From Fibrobacteria bacterium (GTDB lineage Bacteria > Fibrobacterota > Fibrobacteria > UBA11236): a stretch of 41,063 bases of DNA. Below, piece by piece: positions 17,195-25,544 of this stretch. How positions within the stretch are numbered: the stretch's first letter is position 1; each line of letters opens with the position of its first letter. A model generated the notes under the pieces. The model saw nothing but the letters and a program-made list of their open reading frames with translations, was not told the origin of the DNA and did not search any database. The translations under genes and the position numbers were made by a program. The stretch spans positions 1 to 41,063 of the forward strand of contig JBJHDK010000014.1 in assembly GCA_050486505.1 (NCBI GenBank). Reading direction: 5' to 3'.

Positions 17195-18661
17195 TCCTTG
17201 CTCTTCCTTCAACTGCGTGAAGATATCCCGAACCCTCGGAAGGCTTTGCTTGCCCGCGAGCACCTGAATGGTGTCCTGCTCTTCGAGCACGGTGCCGCCG
17301 CCGGGAACGAGGAACTGGTCGCCGCGGCAGATGAGGACCACGAGGGCATCCTCGGGAAGTTTCAGGTCGACCACGCTACGGCCGGCGACCTTCGACCCAT
17401 AGGGCAATGCAAACTCCATCAGCTCCGTGTCGGAGCCGCTCGGAGGCGCGAACTTCAGGGGTGAGCGGTGCTCCACTTCGGGCTCCACCGTGACGCCGAA
17501 GAGTTTTGAGACGGCAGGGAGCGTCCACCCTTGCAGCACGGCGCTGGTAAAGACGATGAGGAACACGAGGTTGAACAGCAGTTCCGATCCCGGCAGTCCG
17601 GCGATAACCGGGAAGGTGGCCAGGATGATGGGGGCCGCTCCGCGCAGGCCCACCCAGGAGACGAAGCCACGCTCCGCCCAGGGGCTCTTCGAGAAAAGCA
17701 TCGACACAAACACCGCCGCAGGGCGGGCGAAGAACATCAGGAAGGCGGCGATGAGAAGCCCCTGCATTGCGACCCAAGGCAGGTCGGCCGGAGTGACCAG
17801 CAACCCGAGCACGAGGAAGAGCGTGATCTGCGAGAGCCACGCCATACCGTCGAAGAAGCGCAGCAAGGTGCGCTTGTGCACCATGTTGCCGTGCGAGGCG
17901 GCGATGCCTGCGAGATAGGCGGCGAGGAACCCGCTGCCGCCGAGGATGTCGGTTACCCCGAAGGTGAGGAAGGCCCATGCAAGGCCGACCACGGGGTAGA
18001 TGCCGTCGTAGGTGAAGTGAACCCGGTTGAGCAGGAGCACGAGGCCCTTCCCGAAGAGGACTCCCGCGACGGCGCCGATGCCCATTTGTTGCAGGAAGAA
18101 GACGGGAAGATGCAGCGCCGAAGACTGGGCTCCGGTGGCGTAGGCAATCACGGTGATCGTGAGGAAGATCGCCATCGGGTCGTTGCTGCCCGATTCGAGC
18201 TCGAGCAGGGAACGCAGATCCTTGCGGATGTGCAAATTCTTCGAGCGCAGAACCGAGAACACCGCCGCCGCGTCGGTCGAGCTGATGATGGCGCCAAGCA
18301 GCAGGCTGAGCGTCCAGGAAAAATCGAGGATGTACCGGGCGAAGCCCGCGACCGCGAGCATCGTCAACGCGACACCGAGCGTCGACAAACTGAGGCCCAC
18401 CCATGCGACTGGACGCACCGACTTCCATACGGTGTCGAGCCCGCCTGAGAAGAGAATGATGGTCAGGGCGACGTACCCGATCGACTTGGCCATCCCGTAG
18501 TCGTCGAAGGCCAGGCCACCGATTCCGTTCTCGCCGGCGATCATGCCCACCAACATGAACAGGATGAGGGTGGGCACGCCGAAGTTGTTGAACGCGCGCG
18601 CCACACCGATGCTGAAGAGGATCAGCAGCGAGCCGATTAAAAGGAGGGCCTCGATGCTCAC
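17174..18661 (-). CDS. cvrA: Potassium/proton antiporter (CvrA/NhaP2-like, CPA1 family with TrkA-C domain)
   Basis: ILFSGGL, SSTDAAAVF, LELESGSNDPMA, WVGLRGA, C-terminal TrkA-C (VPGGGTVLEEQD). Confidence 0.9.
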   Translation of the reverse strand: MSIEALLLIGSLLILFSIGVARAFNNFGVPTLILFMLVGMIAGENGIGGLAFDDYGMAKSIGYVALTIILFSGGLDTVWKSVRPVAWVGLSLSTLGVALTMLAVAGFARYILDFSWTLSLLLGAIISSTDAAAVFSVLRSKNLHIRKDLRSLLELESGSNDPMAIFLTITVIAYATGAQSSALHLPVFFLQQMGIGAVAGVLFGKGLVLLLNRVHFTYDGIYPVVGLAWAFLTFGVTDILGGSGFLAAYLAGIAASHGNMVHKRTLLRFFDGMAWLSQITLFLVLGLLVTPADLPWVAMQGLLIAAFLMFFARPAAVFVSMLFSKSPWAERGFVSWVGLRGAAPIILATFPVIAGLPGSELLFNLVFLIVFTSAVLQGWTLPAVSKLFGVTVEPEVEHRSPLKFAPPSGSDTELMEFALPYGSKVAGRSVVDLKLPEDALVVLICRGDQFLVPGGGTVLEEQDTIQVLAGKQSLPRVRDIFTQLKEEQGTVDSGQ

Positions 18662-18671
18662 ACCGTGCTCC

Positions 18672-19334
18672 TTAGGTCATCAGCCGCTTGAGGTCGCGCG
18701 TCATTTCCGCGGGGTCGGGCGCGCGGAAGATCGCGGATCCGATCACCACGGCATCGACGCCCGCGTCGAGCACCTCGCGCACATTGTCGCGAGAGATGCC
18801 TCCGTCCATTTCGATCGTTGTCGAAAGTCCGAGGGAGTCGCAGCGCGCGCGCAGGGCGCGGGAGCGATCGAGGGCCTCGGGCATGAACTTTTGCCCGCCG
18901 AAGCCGGGGTTCACCGACATGATGAGCACCATGTCGATGTCCGCCAGCACGGGTTCGAGGGCCTCGAGTCCGGTGGCGGGGCGCAAACTCACGCCGGCGC
19001 GCACGCCGCGGTCCTTGATCATGCGGATCAGGGCGGGCAGGTCGTTCGTCGCCTCCGCGTGGATGGTGATCGAGTTCGCGCCGGCGTCGGCGAACCAGGG
19101 AACCATCTTCTCCGGCTCGTTCACCATGAGATGGCAGTCGAGGGGGAGCTTCGTGATCTTGCCCAAGGCCTCGACGACGACGGGGCCGATGGTGAGGTTG
19201 GGGACGAAGTGCCCGTCCATCACGTCGAGATGCAGCCAATCGGCCCCACCACGTTCCACAGAGGCGACTTCTTCACCCAAGTGGGCGAAATCACTGTTGA
19301 GAATGCTGGGAGCGAGGATGCGCGGATTGGCCAT
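18672..19334 (-). CDS. rpe: Ribulose-phosphate 3-epimerase
   Basis: APSIL, HLDVMDGHFVPNLTIG, MSVNPGFGGQ, DGGI. Confidence 0.97.
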   Translation of the reverse strand: MANPRILAPSILNSDFAHLGEEVASVERGGADWLHLDVMDGHFVPNLTIGPVVVEALGKITKLPLDCHLMVNEPEKMVPWFADAGANSITIHAEATNDLPALIRMIKDRGVRAGVSLRPATGLEALEPVLADIDMVLIMSVNPGFGGQKFMPEALDRSRALRARCDSLGLSTTIEMDGGISRDNVREVLDAGVDAVVIGSAIFRAPDPAEMTRDLKRLMT

Positions 19335-19450
19335 TTTCGAAATTTACTACACCGCTTGATGCGGAGATGCGGTCAAGGCGCTTTCCTGCGGCGAAAGAAT
19401 GGCCTTCGAAGTATACTGAACCAGTTGACCGCGAACCCGAAAACCTGCGC

Positions 19451-21484
19451 ATGATGATGAAGCATCTCCGATTGTCCCTGGCCTTTTCCCTGTTTGCCGT
19501 CTTGCACGTGCATGGCGCGAACCTGAAGGGCCAGATTCATTTCGCTCCCGGCGTCGAGGAGTACCGACTGCTCGTCAAGTTCAGGGCGGAATCGGATCCG
19601 GTCCTGGATGCCGAAGGCAGGCTTTCCTTGATGAATGTGCAGACGCTCGCGAAGCCCGCGTCGGAAGGCCCGCTTGCCTTGCGCTACCGGGGTGCGCTGC
19701 CCCCTGAGGGCGTCGGGTCGGCACAGCGACCCCCCGGGACTCTCGGCAAACCGTCCTCGACGACCCCGTTCCTTGCCCGTTTCGCAGGCCTTATGGAACT
19801 GGAGCTTCCCGGTGCGGACAAGCATGCGCTGAAAAGGATCGGCGAGGAACTCGAGTTGCTCGACATCGTGGAGTACGCGTCGCTCGAGCCGATCGTGGGG
19901 CCCCCGCCTCCGGGAGCCGTGGACATTCCGCCGCCCACGCCCTCCTTCACCGATCGTCAGGGATGGCTGGGAGACGCCTTGACCAACGGCATGGATTGCC
20001 GCTATGCGTGGACGCGCGGCGCGACCGGTCGGGGAGTCCGCGTGTTCGATATCGAGGACAGTTGGGGCGACCTGGATCACGAGGACTTTTCGCAGGACAG
20101 CGTCGCGTACGGGCGCCCGCGCTTCAATGACCAGTACGCCGACCACGGGATCGCGGTGTTTGGTGCGATTCTTGCGCGGCACAATGGCTATGGTGTCGAC
20201 GGGTGCGCGCCCGACGCGACTGGCCGCGCCTACTCGTTCCAGAACGCCAATGGTTCGCAAAGCCGCCCGCAGACCTTGGTGATGATGGGGAACGATGCCA
20301 GCCCAGGCGACATCATCCTCATCGAGATGCAGTCCGGAGGGTGGGGAGGCGACAACCTCGGCCCCGCTGATTTGCAGGCGTCCGTTTGGGACGCCACCAA
20401 GGCGGCCACCGACAAGGGTGTCGTTGTCATCGGAACCGCGGGCAACGGAAACGCCAACCTCGACGGCGCGACCTACGCGGACTACAGGGCGCGGGGGGAC
20501 AACGGGGTGATCATGGTGAGCGGGGGAAACTCCACCACGCGGGCGCGGCATGTGGGGAGCCACGGCGCCTGCTGCGTGCATGTTCAGGGGTGGGGGCACA
20601 ATGTGGCGACCACCGGTTACGGTGGCCTCTTCAACCCCGGTGGGGACATCCGCCAGCGCTACACCGCCACTTTCAGCGGCACCAGTTCCGCGGGCGCGGT
20701 GGTGGCGGGCGCGGCGGCGGCGCTGCAATCGCATGCCCTGCAGGTACTCGGACGACCTTTGGCGCCGCGCGAGATGCGTTCCATTCTCATGGCCACGGGG
20801 CGCCCTCACACAGGCACTTCTCACATCGGCCCGCTACCCGACTTGCGCGCCGCGATCCTGCATGTCGATAGCCTCGCGGCCCTGTCCGACACCGTGGTCG
20901 TTCCGCCCGCACCCTCGGGGCTTTCGTATGCGGTCGATACCGTTGTGCTGCGTCTCGATTCGGCGATCGGGACGTGGAGCGCCTCCGTCACGGGCACGGT
21001 AGACCTCTGGAGCGTCGAGCCTCCGCTTCCGGACGGACTGGTGTTGGACACGGCGACCGGATCGATTTCAGGTACCCCTCTCGTCGTCAGCCCGGCAGCG
21101 GATTACGCGGTGACTGCCGCGAATCAGGGCGGGACCGTATCGGTCGTGCTGCGCATCACCGTGGAGGCACCCGTCGCCCTCCGCGCGCGGGCACTGGCAT
21201 TTCGCGTCGCTGGGGCCGGCCCTCATTCGTTCCACCTGCCCGCCGAAGCATTGGCGCCCGGCGCGGTGGTGCGCCTGGCGATTCATGACGCGCGCGGCCG
21301 CACGGTGTGGATGCGCACGTTGCATCCCGATCGCGAGGGGATCTCCACGGTGACCTGGGATGGTCGCGGCACGCAGGGTTCCAGCGTCTCGCCCGGGATG
21401 TACGTGCTGCGCGTCGCCGTGGAGAACGGGGGGAAGACAACCCATCACGGGCGGCGTTCCCTGATGCTGTCTCCCGTTCCCTGA
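19451..21484 (+). CDS. Secreted S8 (subtilisin-like) serine peptidase with He_PIG-type Ig domain and C-terminal FlgD-like/T9SS-type domain
   Basis: Signal peptide; catalytic D (VRVFDIE), H (HGIAVFG), oxyanion AGN, S (FSGTSSA); LPDGLVLDTATGSISGTP; IHDARGRTV...WDGR...PGMYVLRV. Confidence 0.88.
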   Translation: MMMKHLRLSLAFSLFAVLHVHGANLKGQIHFAPGVEEYRLLVKFRAESDPVLDAEGRLSLMNVQTLAKPASEGPLALRYRGALPPEGVGSAQRPPGTLGKPSSTTPFLARFAGLMELELPGADKHALKRIGEELELLDIVEYASLEPIVGPPPPGAVDIPPPTPSFTDRQGWLGDALTNGMDCRYAWTRGATGRGVRVFDIEDSWGDLDHEDFSQDSVAYGRPRFNDQYADHGIAVFGAILARHNGYGVDGCAPDATGRAYSFQNANGSQSRPQTLVMMGNDASPGDIILIEMQSGGWGGDNLGPADLQASVWDATKAATDKGVVVIGTAGNGNANLDGATYADYRARGDNGVIMVSGGNSTTRARHVGSHGACCVHVQGWGHNVATTGYGGLFNPGGDIRQRYTATFSGTSSAGAVVAGAAAALQSHALQVLGRPLAPREMRSILMATGRPHTGTSHIGPLPDLRAAILHVDSLAALSDTVVVPPAPSGLSYAVDTVVLRLDSAIGTWSASVTGTVDLWSVEPPLPDGLVLDTATGSISGTPLVVSPAADYAVTAANQGGTVSVVLRITVEAPVALRARALAFRVAGAGPHSFHLPAEALAPGAVVRLAIHDARGRTVWMRTLHPDREGISTVTWDGRGTQGSSVSPGMYVLRVAVENGGKTTHHGRRSLMLSPVP

Positions 21485-21551
21485 CCGGGATCGGCGGGGT
21501 GCAACATCTTGCGGCATTCCCGCCCGCGAAGTCGCGCGTTAAGTTCGTTGC

Positions 21552-22421
21552 ATGAAGACGAAACACCCGGTCCGGCTCCTTCCTGTCGCGCTCCTCCTTC
21601 TCCCCCTTTCCGCCCAAGCCTTTTGCGGTCTGCACTTCTGCCCCCGGGTCGACCCCGATGGCGATGGAGGCTGGCAGGCCGGCGTGCGCACCCGCCTGGT
21701 GACCTTCGACCTCGACGGACATGCGGGGCATTACGTGACGGCGAGCCCGAGGGTGCTTTGGACGGCGGGAGCGTTCACCCTCGGGACGGAGGTTCCCCTG
21801 ACGCGGTTGCGGACCGGAGGGGAAACCCGCCTCGGCCTTTCCAACCCCCTGTTGACCGCGCAATACAATTCTCGTGTTTCGCCGGCATTGAGCTGGGAAG
21901 CGGGAATCCAGCTCGAGCTCCCCTTCGGCGACGCCGACAAGGGGCTCGGTGACGATCACACCATGATCCTCCCCTGGGTGGGCGCCCGCCGCCACCTCAC
22001 GGGTTCGTGGTTCGCGGCGGCCAAGGTTGGCTACAGCCAGGCGTTCGAGTTCGGCGATCACGATCACGGTGGTTCGTCGCATGTTCACGCCGCTGCGGGA
22101 GACGGCGTCGTGTATGCATTGCACGCGGGCCATTCCCACGGCGAGAATGCCGGGCCCGTGCTGGTGAACCCGCATGGAGATCGCGAGATCCACCTTCGCA
22201 CCGCGGTGGGGCACGGCCTCGCGCGCACCGTGGTCGAGGGGTATGTGATGGGGCAAATCGATGTGAGTGATTCCGGGCCGGTCGGCTATCTGCGCGCAGG
22301 GCTGGGGTGGGAGAGGCCCTTGAGCCGGGCCGCGACCTTGCGCCTGCAGGGGGATGTCCCCGTCACTCCGAACCGCCGCGCCGATGTGGAGGTGGCGGCC
22401 GGGGTGATGGTGTCCCTTTGA
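21552..22421 (+). CDS. His-rich putative outer-membrane beta-barrel / transporter
   Basis: Signal peptide (AQA), amphipathic beta strands, LELPFGD..KGLG motif reminiscent of MetA-pathway 'transporter' barrels, His-rich loop. Confidence 0.6.
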   Translation: MKTKHPVRLLPVALLLLPLSAQAFCGLHFCPRVDPDGDGGWQAGVRTRLVTFDLDGHAGHYVTASPRVLWTAGAFTLGTEVPLTRLRTGGETRLGLSNPLLTAQYNSRVSPALSWEAGIQLELPFGDADKGLGDDHTMILPWVGARRHLTGSWFAAAKVGYSQAFEFGDHDHGGSSHVHAAAGDGVVYALHAGHSHGENAGPVLVNPHGDREIHLRTAVGHGLARTVVEGYVMGQIDVSDSGPVGYLRAGLGWERPLSRAATLRLQGDVPVTPNRRADVEVAAGVMVSL

Positions 22422-22446
22422 CCCGTCCTTTCTCCCGCCTTCGGCG

Positions 22447-22944
22447 TCAGCCCCGCGGCAGGTCGAGGAGATCTGCAAGCACGCGATAGGTGAACCCCCA
22501 AACGTGGCCGTCGCCGAGGCGGATGGCGGGAAAGTGCCGCGTCGCATCGGCCAGGGGGGCGATGCGCGCCTGATGTCCCGGATTCCTCAAATAGTCCTCG
22601 GTGACCCAGGCATGGCCGGAACACTCGCGGGGGTCGAGTTGCACCGGCGGCGCGACGTCGAGTTCGAAGAGATACGGAACGACATGCAGGGGGGATCCCA
22701 GCGCATTCCCGGCGATGGTGAGGGGCAGTTCCGCGGTCAATCGGTCCCGGGGGAGCAGGATTCCGGTCTCCTCGCGGGTTTCACGCAGGCAGGTCTCGAT
22801 CAGCCCCGCGTCTTCCGGATCCCTACGTCCTCCGGGAAAGGAAAAGTGCCCCGACCAAGGGTCCGCAGGGTGGATGGCCCGACGCACGAGCAGGTAGCCG
22901 GGCGTTGGCTTTTTGATACGGATCACGGCAACCGCGGCATCCAT
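22447..22944 (-). CDS. NUDIX hydrolase, CoA pyrophosphatase-like
   Basis: RRA...DPWSGHFSFPGG followed by Nudix box GRRDPED...TCLRETREETG, VWGFT. Start at ATG 22944 after a GGGAGG ribosome-binding site. Confidence 0.85.
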   Translation of the reverse strand: MDAAVAVIRIKKPTPGYLLVRRAIHPADPWSGHFSFPGGRRDPEDAGLIETCLRETREETGILLPRDRLTAELPLTIAGNALGSPLHVVPYLFELDVAPPVQLDPRECSGHAWVTEDYLRNPGHQARIAPLADATRHFPAIRLGDGHVWGFTYRVLADLLDLPRG

Positions 22945-23005
22945 GCGATCGGAACCCCCTCCCTGCGGTTTATGCAACCCCCTGAATTTACTAGATTTGC
23001 ACGCC

Positions 23006-24052
23006 ATGGCCCGAAAACACCTGATGAGCCTCGACCTCGGGGAACTGGAGGATTTCACGGCCGGCTTGGGCGAGCCGCGTTACCGCGCGCGCCAGATCCG
23101 CGAGTGGATGTTCCGCCATCTCGAGACGGATTTCGCCCAAATGACGAATCTTCCCAAGTCGCTGATCGAAAAGCTGGAGGCTGAAGCCGAAGTCGCCGTG
23201 CTCACCGAGCGCGGACGGCAGGACAGTATCGACGGAACCCGCAAATGGGCCTGGGAGACGCAAGACGGCCACGTCTTCGAGACCGTGCTCATTCCCACGG
23301 GAGATCGCCGCTCGCTCTGTGTTTCCTCGCAGGTGGGTTGCGCCATGGGCTGCACGTTCTGTCGCACCGCGACCATGGGGTTCATTCGCAACCTGACCTT
23401 GGGCGAGATTCTGGAGCAGGTGCTGCGCGCCAACCGCTTCTTGCGCGAGATGGACGGATCCCGCCTCTCCAACGTGATCTTCATGGGCATGGGGGAACCC
23501 CTGCACAACCTCGAGAATGTGGCGAAGGCCTGCGAGGCGATTTCCTCCCCCGACGGCTTCGGCATCGGCAAGTCCCACATCACCGTGTCGACCTCGGGCG
23601 TGGTCCCCAAGATCCGCGAGTGGGCGCAGCGGGCCCCCGACTTCAAGCTCGCCGTGAGCCTGAACGGCAGCAACGACACGGTGCGTTCCGCGCTCATGCC
23701 GGTGAACCGCCGCTGGAACATCGAAGCCCTGCTGGCCGCCGCCGATGAATACATCGCGCTGACCGGCCAGAAGCTGACGTTCGAGTATGTGCTCATCCAG
23801 GGTAAAACCTGCACCCCCGAGGCCGCGCGCGAGCTGCGTCGCATCGCCTCGCAACGCAATTGCAAAATCAACCTCATCCCCCTGAACAAGGGGGAAGACC
23901 CCGCGCTGCAGCCCCCCTCCGAGGAAGAGATCGAGGCCTTTGAGGCCCTTCTCCGCCGCGGAGATTTCGAAGTGCTGCGGCGTCGCCCGCGCGGGCCCGA
24001 CATCCTGGCCGCGTGCGGACAACTCGCCATTCCTCTGAAAAAGGTCGCATAG
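23006..24052 (+). CDS. rlmN: Dual-specificity RNA methyltransferase RlmN
   Basis: CVSSQVGCAMGCTFC radical-SAM motif, MGMGEP, C-terminal GPDILAACGQL. Confidence 0.95.
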   Translation: MARKHLMSLDLGELEDFTAGLGEPRYRARQIREWMFRHLETDFAQMTNLPKSLIEKLEAEAEVAVLTERGRQDSIDGTRKWAWETQDGHVFETVLIPTGDRRSLCVSSQVGCAMGCTFCRTATMGFIRNLTLGEILEQVLRANRFLREMDGSRLSNVIFMGMGEPLHNLENVAKACEAISSPDGFGIGKSHITVSTSGVVPKIREWAQRAPDFKLAVSLNGSNDTVRSALMPVNRRWNIEALLAAADEYIALTGQKLTFEYVLIQGKTCTPEAARELRRIASQRNCKINLIPLNKGEDPALQPPSEEEIEAFEALLRRGDFEVLRRRPRGPDILAACGQLAIPLKKVA

Positions 24053-24053
24053 C

Positions 24054-24665
24054 ATGTTAACGCAAAATCTTCCGGAATATTGGGAAAACCTCTATCAGGA
24101 AAAGAAGGACGACTGGGACCTCGGCAAGGTGAATCCCGTGCTGCAGGAGTTCTTCAAGAACCCCCTGTGCCCCAAGAAGGGGCGCGTGCTGGTTCCCGGC
24201 GCCGGTCGCGGTTGGGACGCGGCGGCATGGGCCGCCCGCGGCCATGAAACCGTGGCGGTGGACTTCGCGCAAAGCGCGGTGGCGTCGCTGTCGGAGCAGG
24301 CCGAGAAGAACCAGAAGCTTTCGGTGCTGAACCTCGACCTGTTCGAAATGGCGCCCAAGAGCACCGATCCGTTCGACATCATTTATGAGTACGGCTGCTT
24401 CAGCGCGATCCACCCCGGTCGTCGCGACGAGTATTTCGAAGTGTGGGACAAGATGCTGCGCCCCGGTGGCCTGGTGATCGCGGTGTTCTGGCCCCTGATC
24501 CAGACCACCTCGCTCGAAGGCCCGCCGCACCCGACCTCCGAGGGCGAGCTGATGGCGCGCCTCGACAGCGTGCTCGATCTCGAGGAGCGCATCAAGCCGA
24601 AGAAGTCTGTGCCCGAGCGTGCGGGCAAGGAAGAGATCTGGCTCTTGCGGAAGGCGAAGAAGTAG
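24054..24665 (+). CDS. Thiopurine/thiol S-methyltransferase (TPMT)-like protein
   Basis: YWENLY..WDLG, RVLVPGAGRGWD, FDIIYEY..FSAIHP..R, GPP motifs. Confidence 0.85.
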   Translation: MLTQNLPEYWENLYQEKKDDWDLGKVNPVLQEFFKNPLCPKKGRVLVPGAGRGWDAAAWAARGHETVAVDFAQSAVASLSEQAEKNQKLSVLNLDLFEMAPKSTDPFDIIYEYGCFSAIHPGRRDEYFEVWDKMLRPGGLVIAVFWPLIQTTSLEGPPHPTSEGELMARLDSVLDLEERIKPKKSVPERAGKEEIWLLRKAKK

Positions 24666-24703
24666 GGGCACCCTTCGACAAGCTCAGGGACCGTTGCCCC
24701 TAC
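24662..24703. repeat. Composite REP-like element: GTAGGGGCA...TGCCCCTAC with CCCTTCGACAAGCTCAGGGA inside
   Basis: Perfect 9-bp terminal inverted repeat enclosing a second palindrome family. The GTAG contains the TPMT stop codon. Confidence 0.8.
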
Positions 24704-24729
24704 ATTCGCCTTCCTCGCCGGATGATGTC

Positions 24730-25497
24730 ATGTCTTACCTCGATTCCATCCACGGTTTCTTCGTCCGGCTGAAGGCCGGCACGGAGCATCTGACCTACGG
24801 AAGGCCGATTCTCGCGCAATGGGCTGCGGCCCATCTGCGCGGGTTGCCTGCGGAGAGCACCCCCGTCGTGGTCGACGTCGGTTGCGGCGAAGGCGCGGAC
24901 CTGTCCCTTCTGCAGTCAACGGTCGGACGCGCCTGTTCGCTGCAGGGCATCGAGGGGCACGCGCCCTATCGCGAAGCCTGCGCCGCACGCGGCATCACCA
25001 CCTTCGCCCTGGATCTCGAGCGCGACCCGCTTCCGTTCGCGGATGCTTCAGTCGACGTGGTTCTCATGAACCAGGTGCTCGAGCACACCAAGGATCTCTT
25101 TTTCATTTTTTCGGAAGTCTCCCGCGTGCTGAAGCCGCAGGGAGTCTTTCTGGTGGGCTTTCCGAACCTCGCCGCGTGGCACGACCGCCTGATGCTTTTG
25201 CTGGGGCGCCAGCCCTCGGGCATGAAGGTCTTGGGTCCGCATGTGCGCGGCTTCACGCGCGAAGGGTTCTCGAAGTTCGCCGAATGCGACGGATGGTTTC
25301 GCATCGAAGGCTTCCGCGGGAGCGCTTTCTATCCTTTTCCGGCGAGTGTGAGCAAGGTGCTCGCCCGTGTGTTCCCCGGCCTGGCCACCGCAATTTTCTT
25401 CAGGTTGCGGAGAACCCCGAAGCCGGGAACCTTCATGGAGGTGCTGCGCGCACGGCAGTTCGAGACGAACTACTATCGCGGTTCCGACGCCTCCTGA
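24730..25497 (+). CDS. Class I SAM-dependent methyltransferase (Methyltransf_11-like)
   Basis: VDVGCGEG, LPFADASVD, NQVLEH, RVLKPQG, PNLAAW. Start at ATG 24730. Confidence 0.88.
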   Translation: MSYLDSIHGFFVRLKAGTEHLTYGRPILAQWAAAHLRGLPAESTPVVVDVGCGEGADLSLLQSTVGRACSLQGIEGHAPYREACAARGITTFALDLERDPLPFADASVDVVLMNQVLEHTKDLFFIFSEVSRVLKPQGVFLVGFPNLAAWHDRLMLLLGRQPSGMKVLGPHVRGFTREGFSKFAECDGWFRIEGFRGSAFYPFPASVSKVLARVFPGLATAIFFRLRRTPKPGTFMEVLRARQFETNYYRGSDAS

Positions 25498-25544
25498 ACC
25501 TGAGTGAACCTGAGCCCGGCCCGAAGCCGGATTGCGAGGATGAG

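Noticed and set aside
24819..25544. 242-aa N-terminal extension of the YfhO-like ORF
   Set aside because: Overlaps the methyltransferase in another frame and is Arg/Pro-rich; a good ribosome-binding site and ATG exist at 25545.
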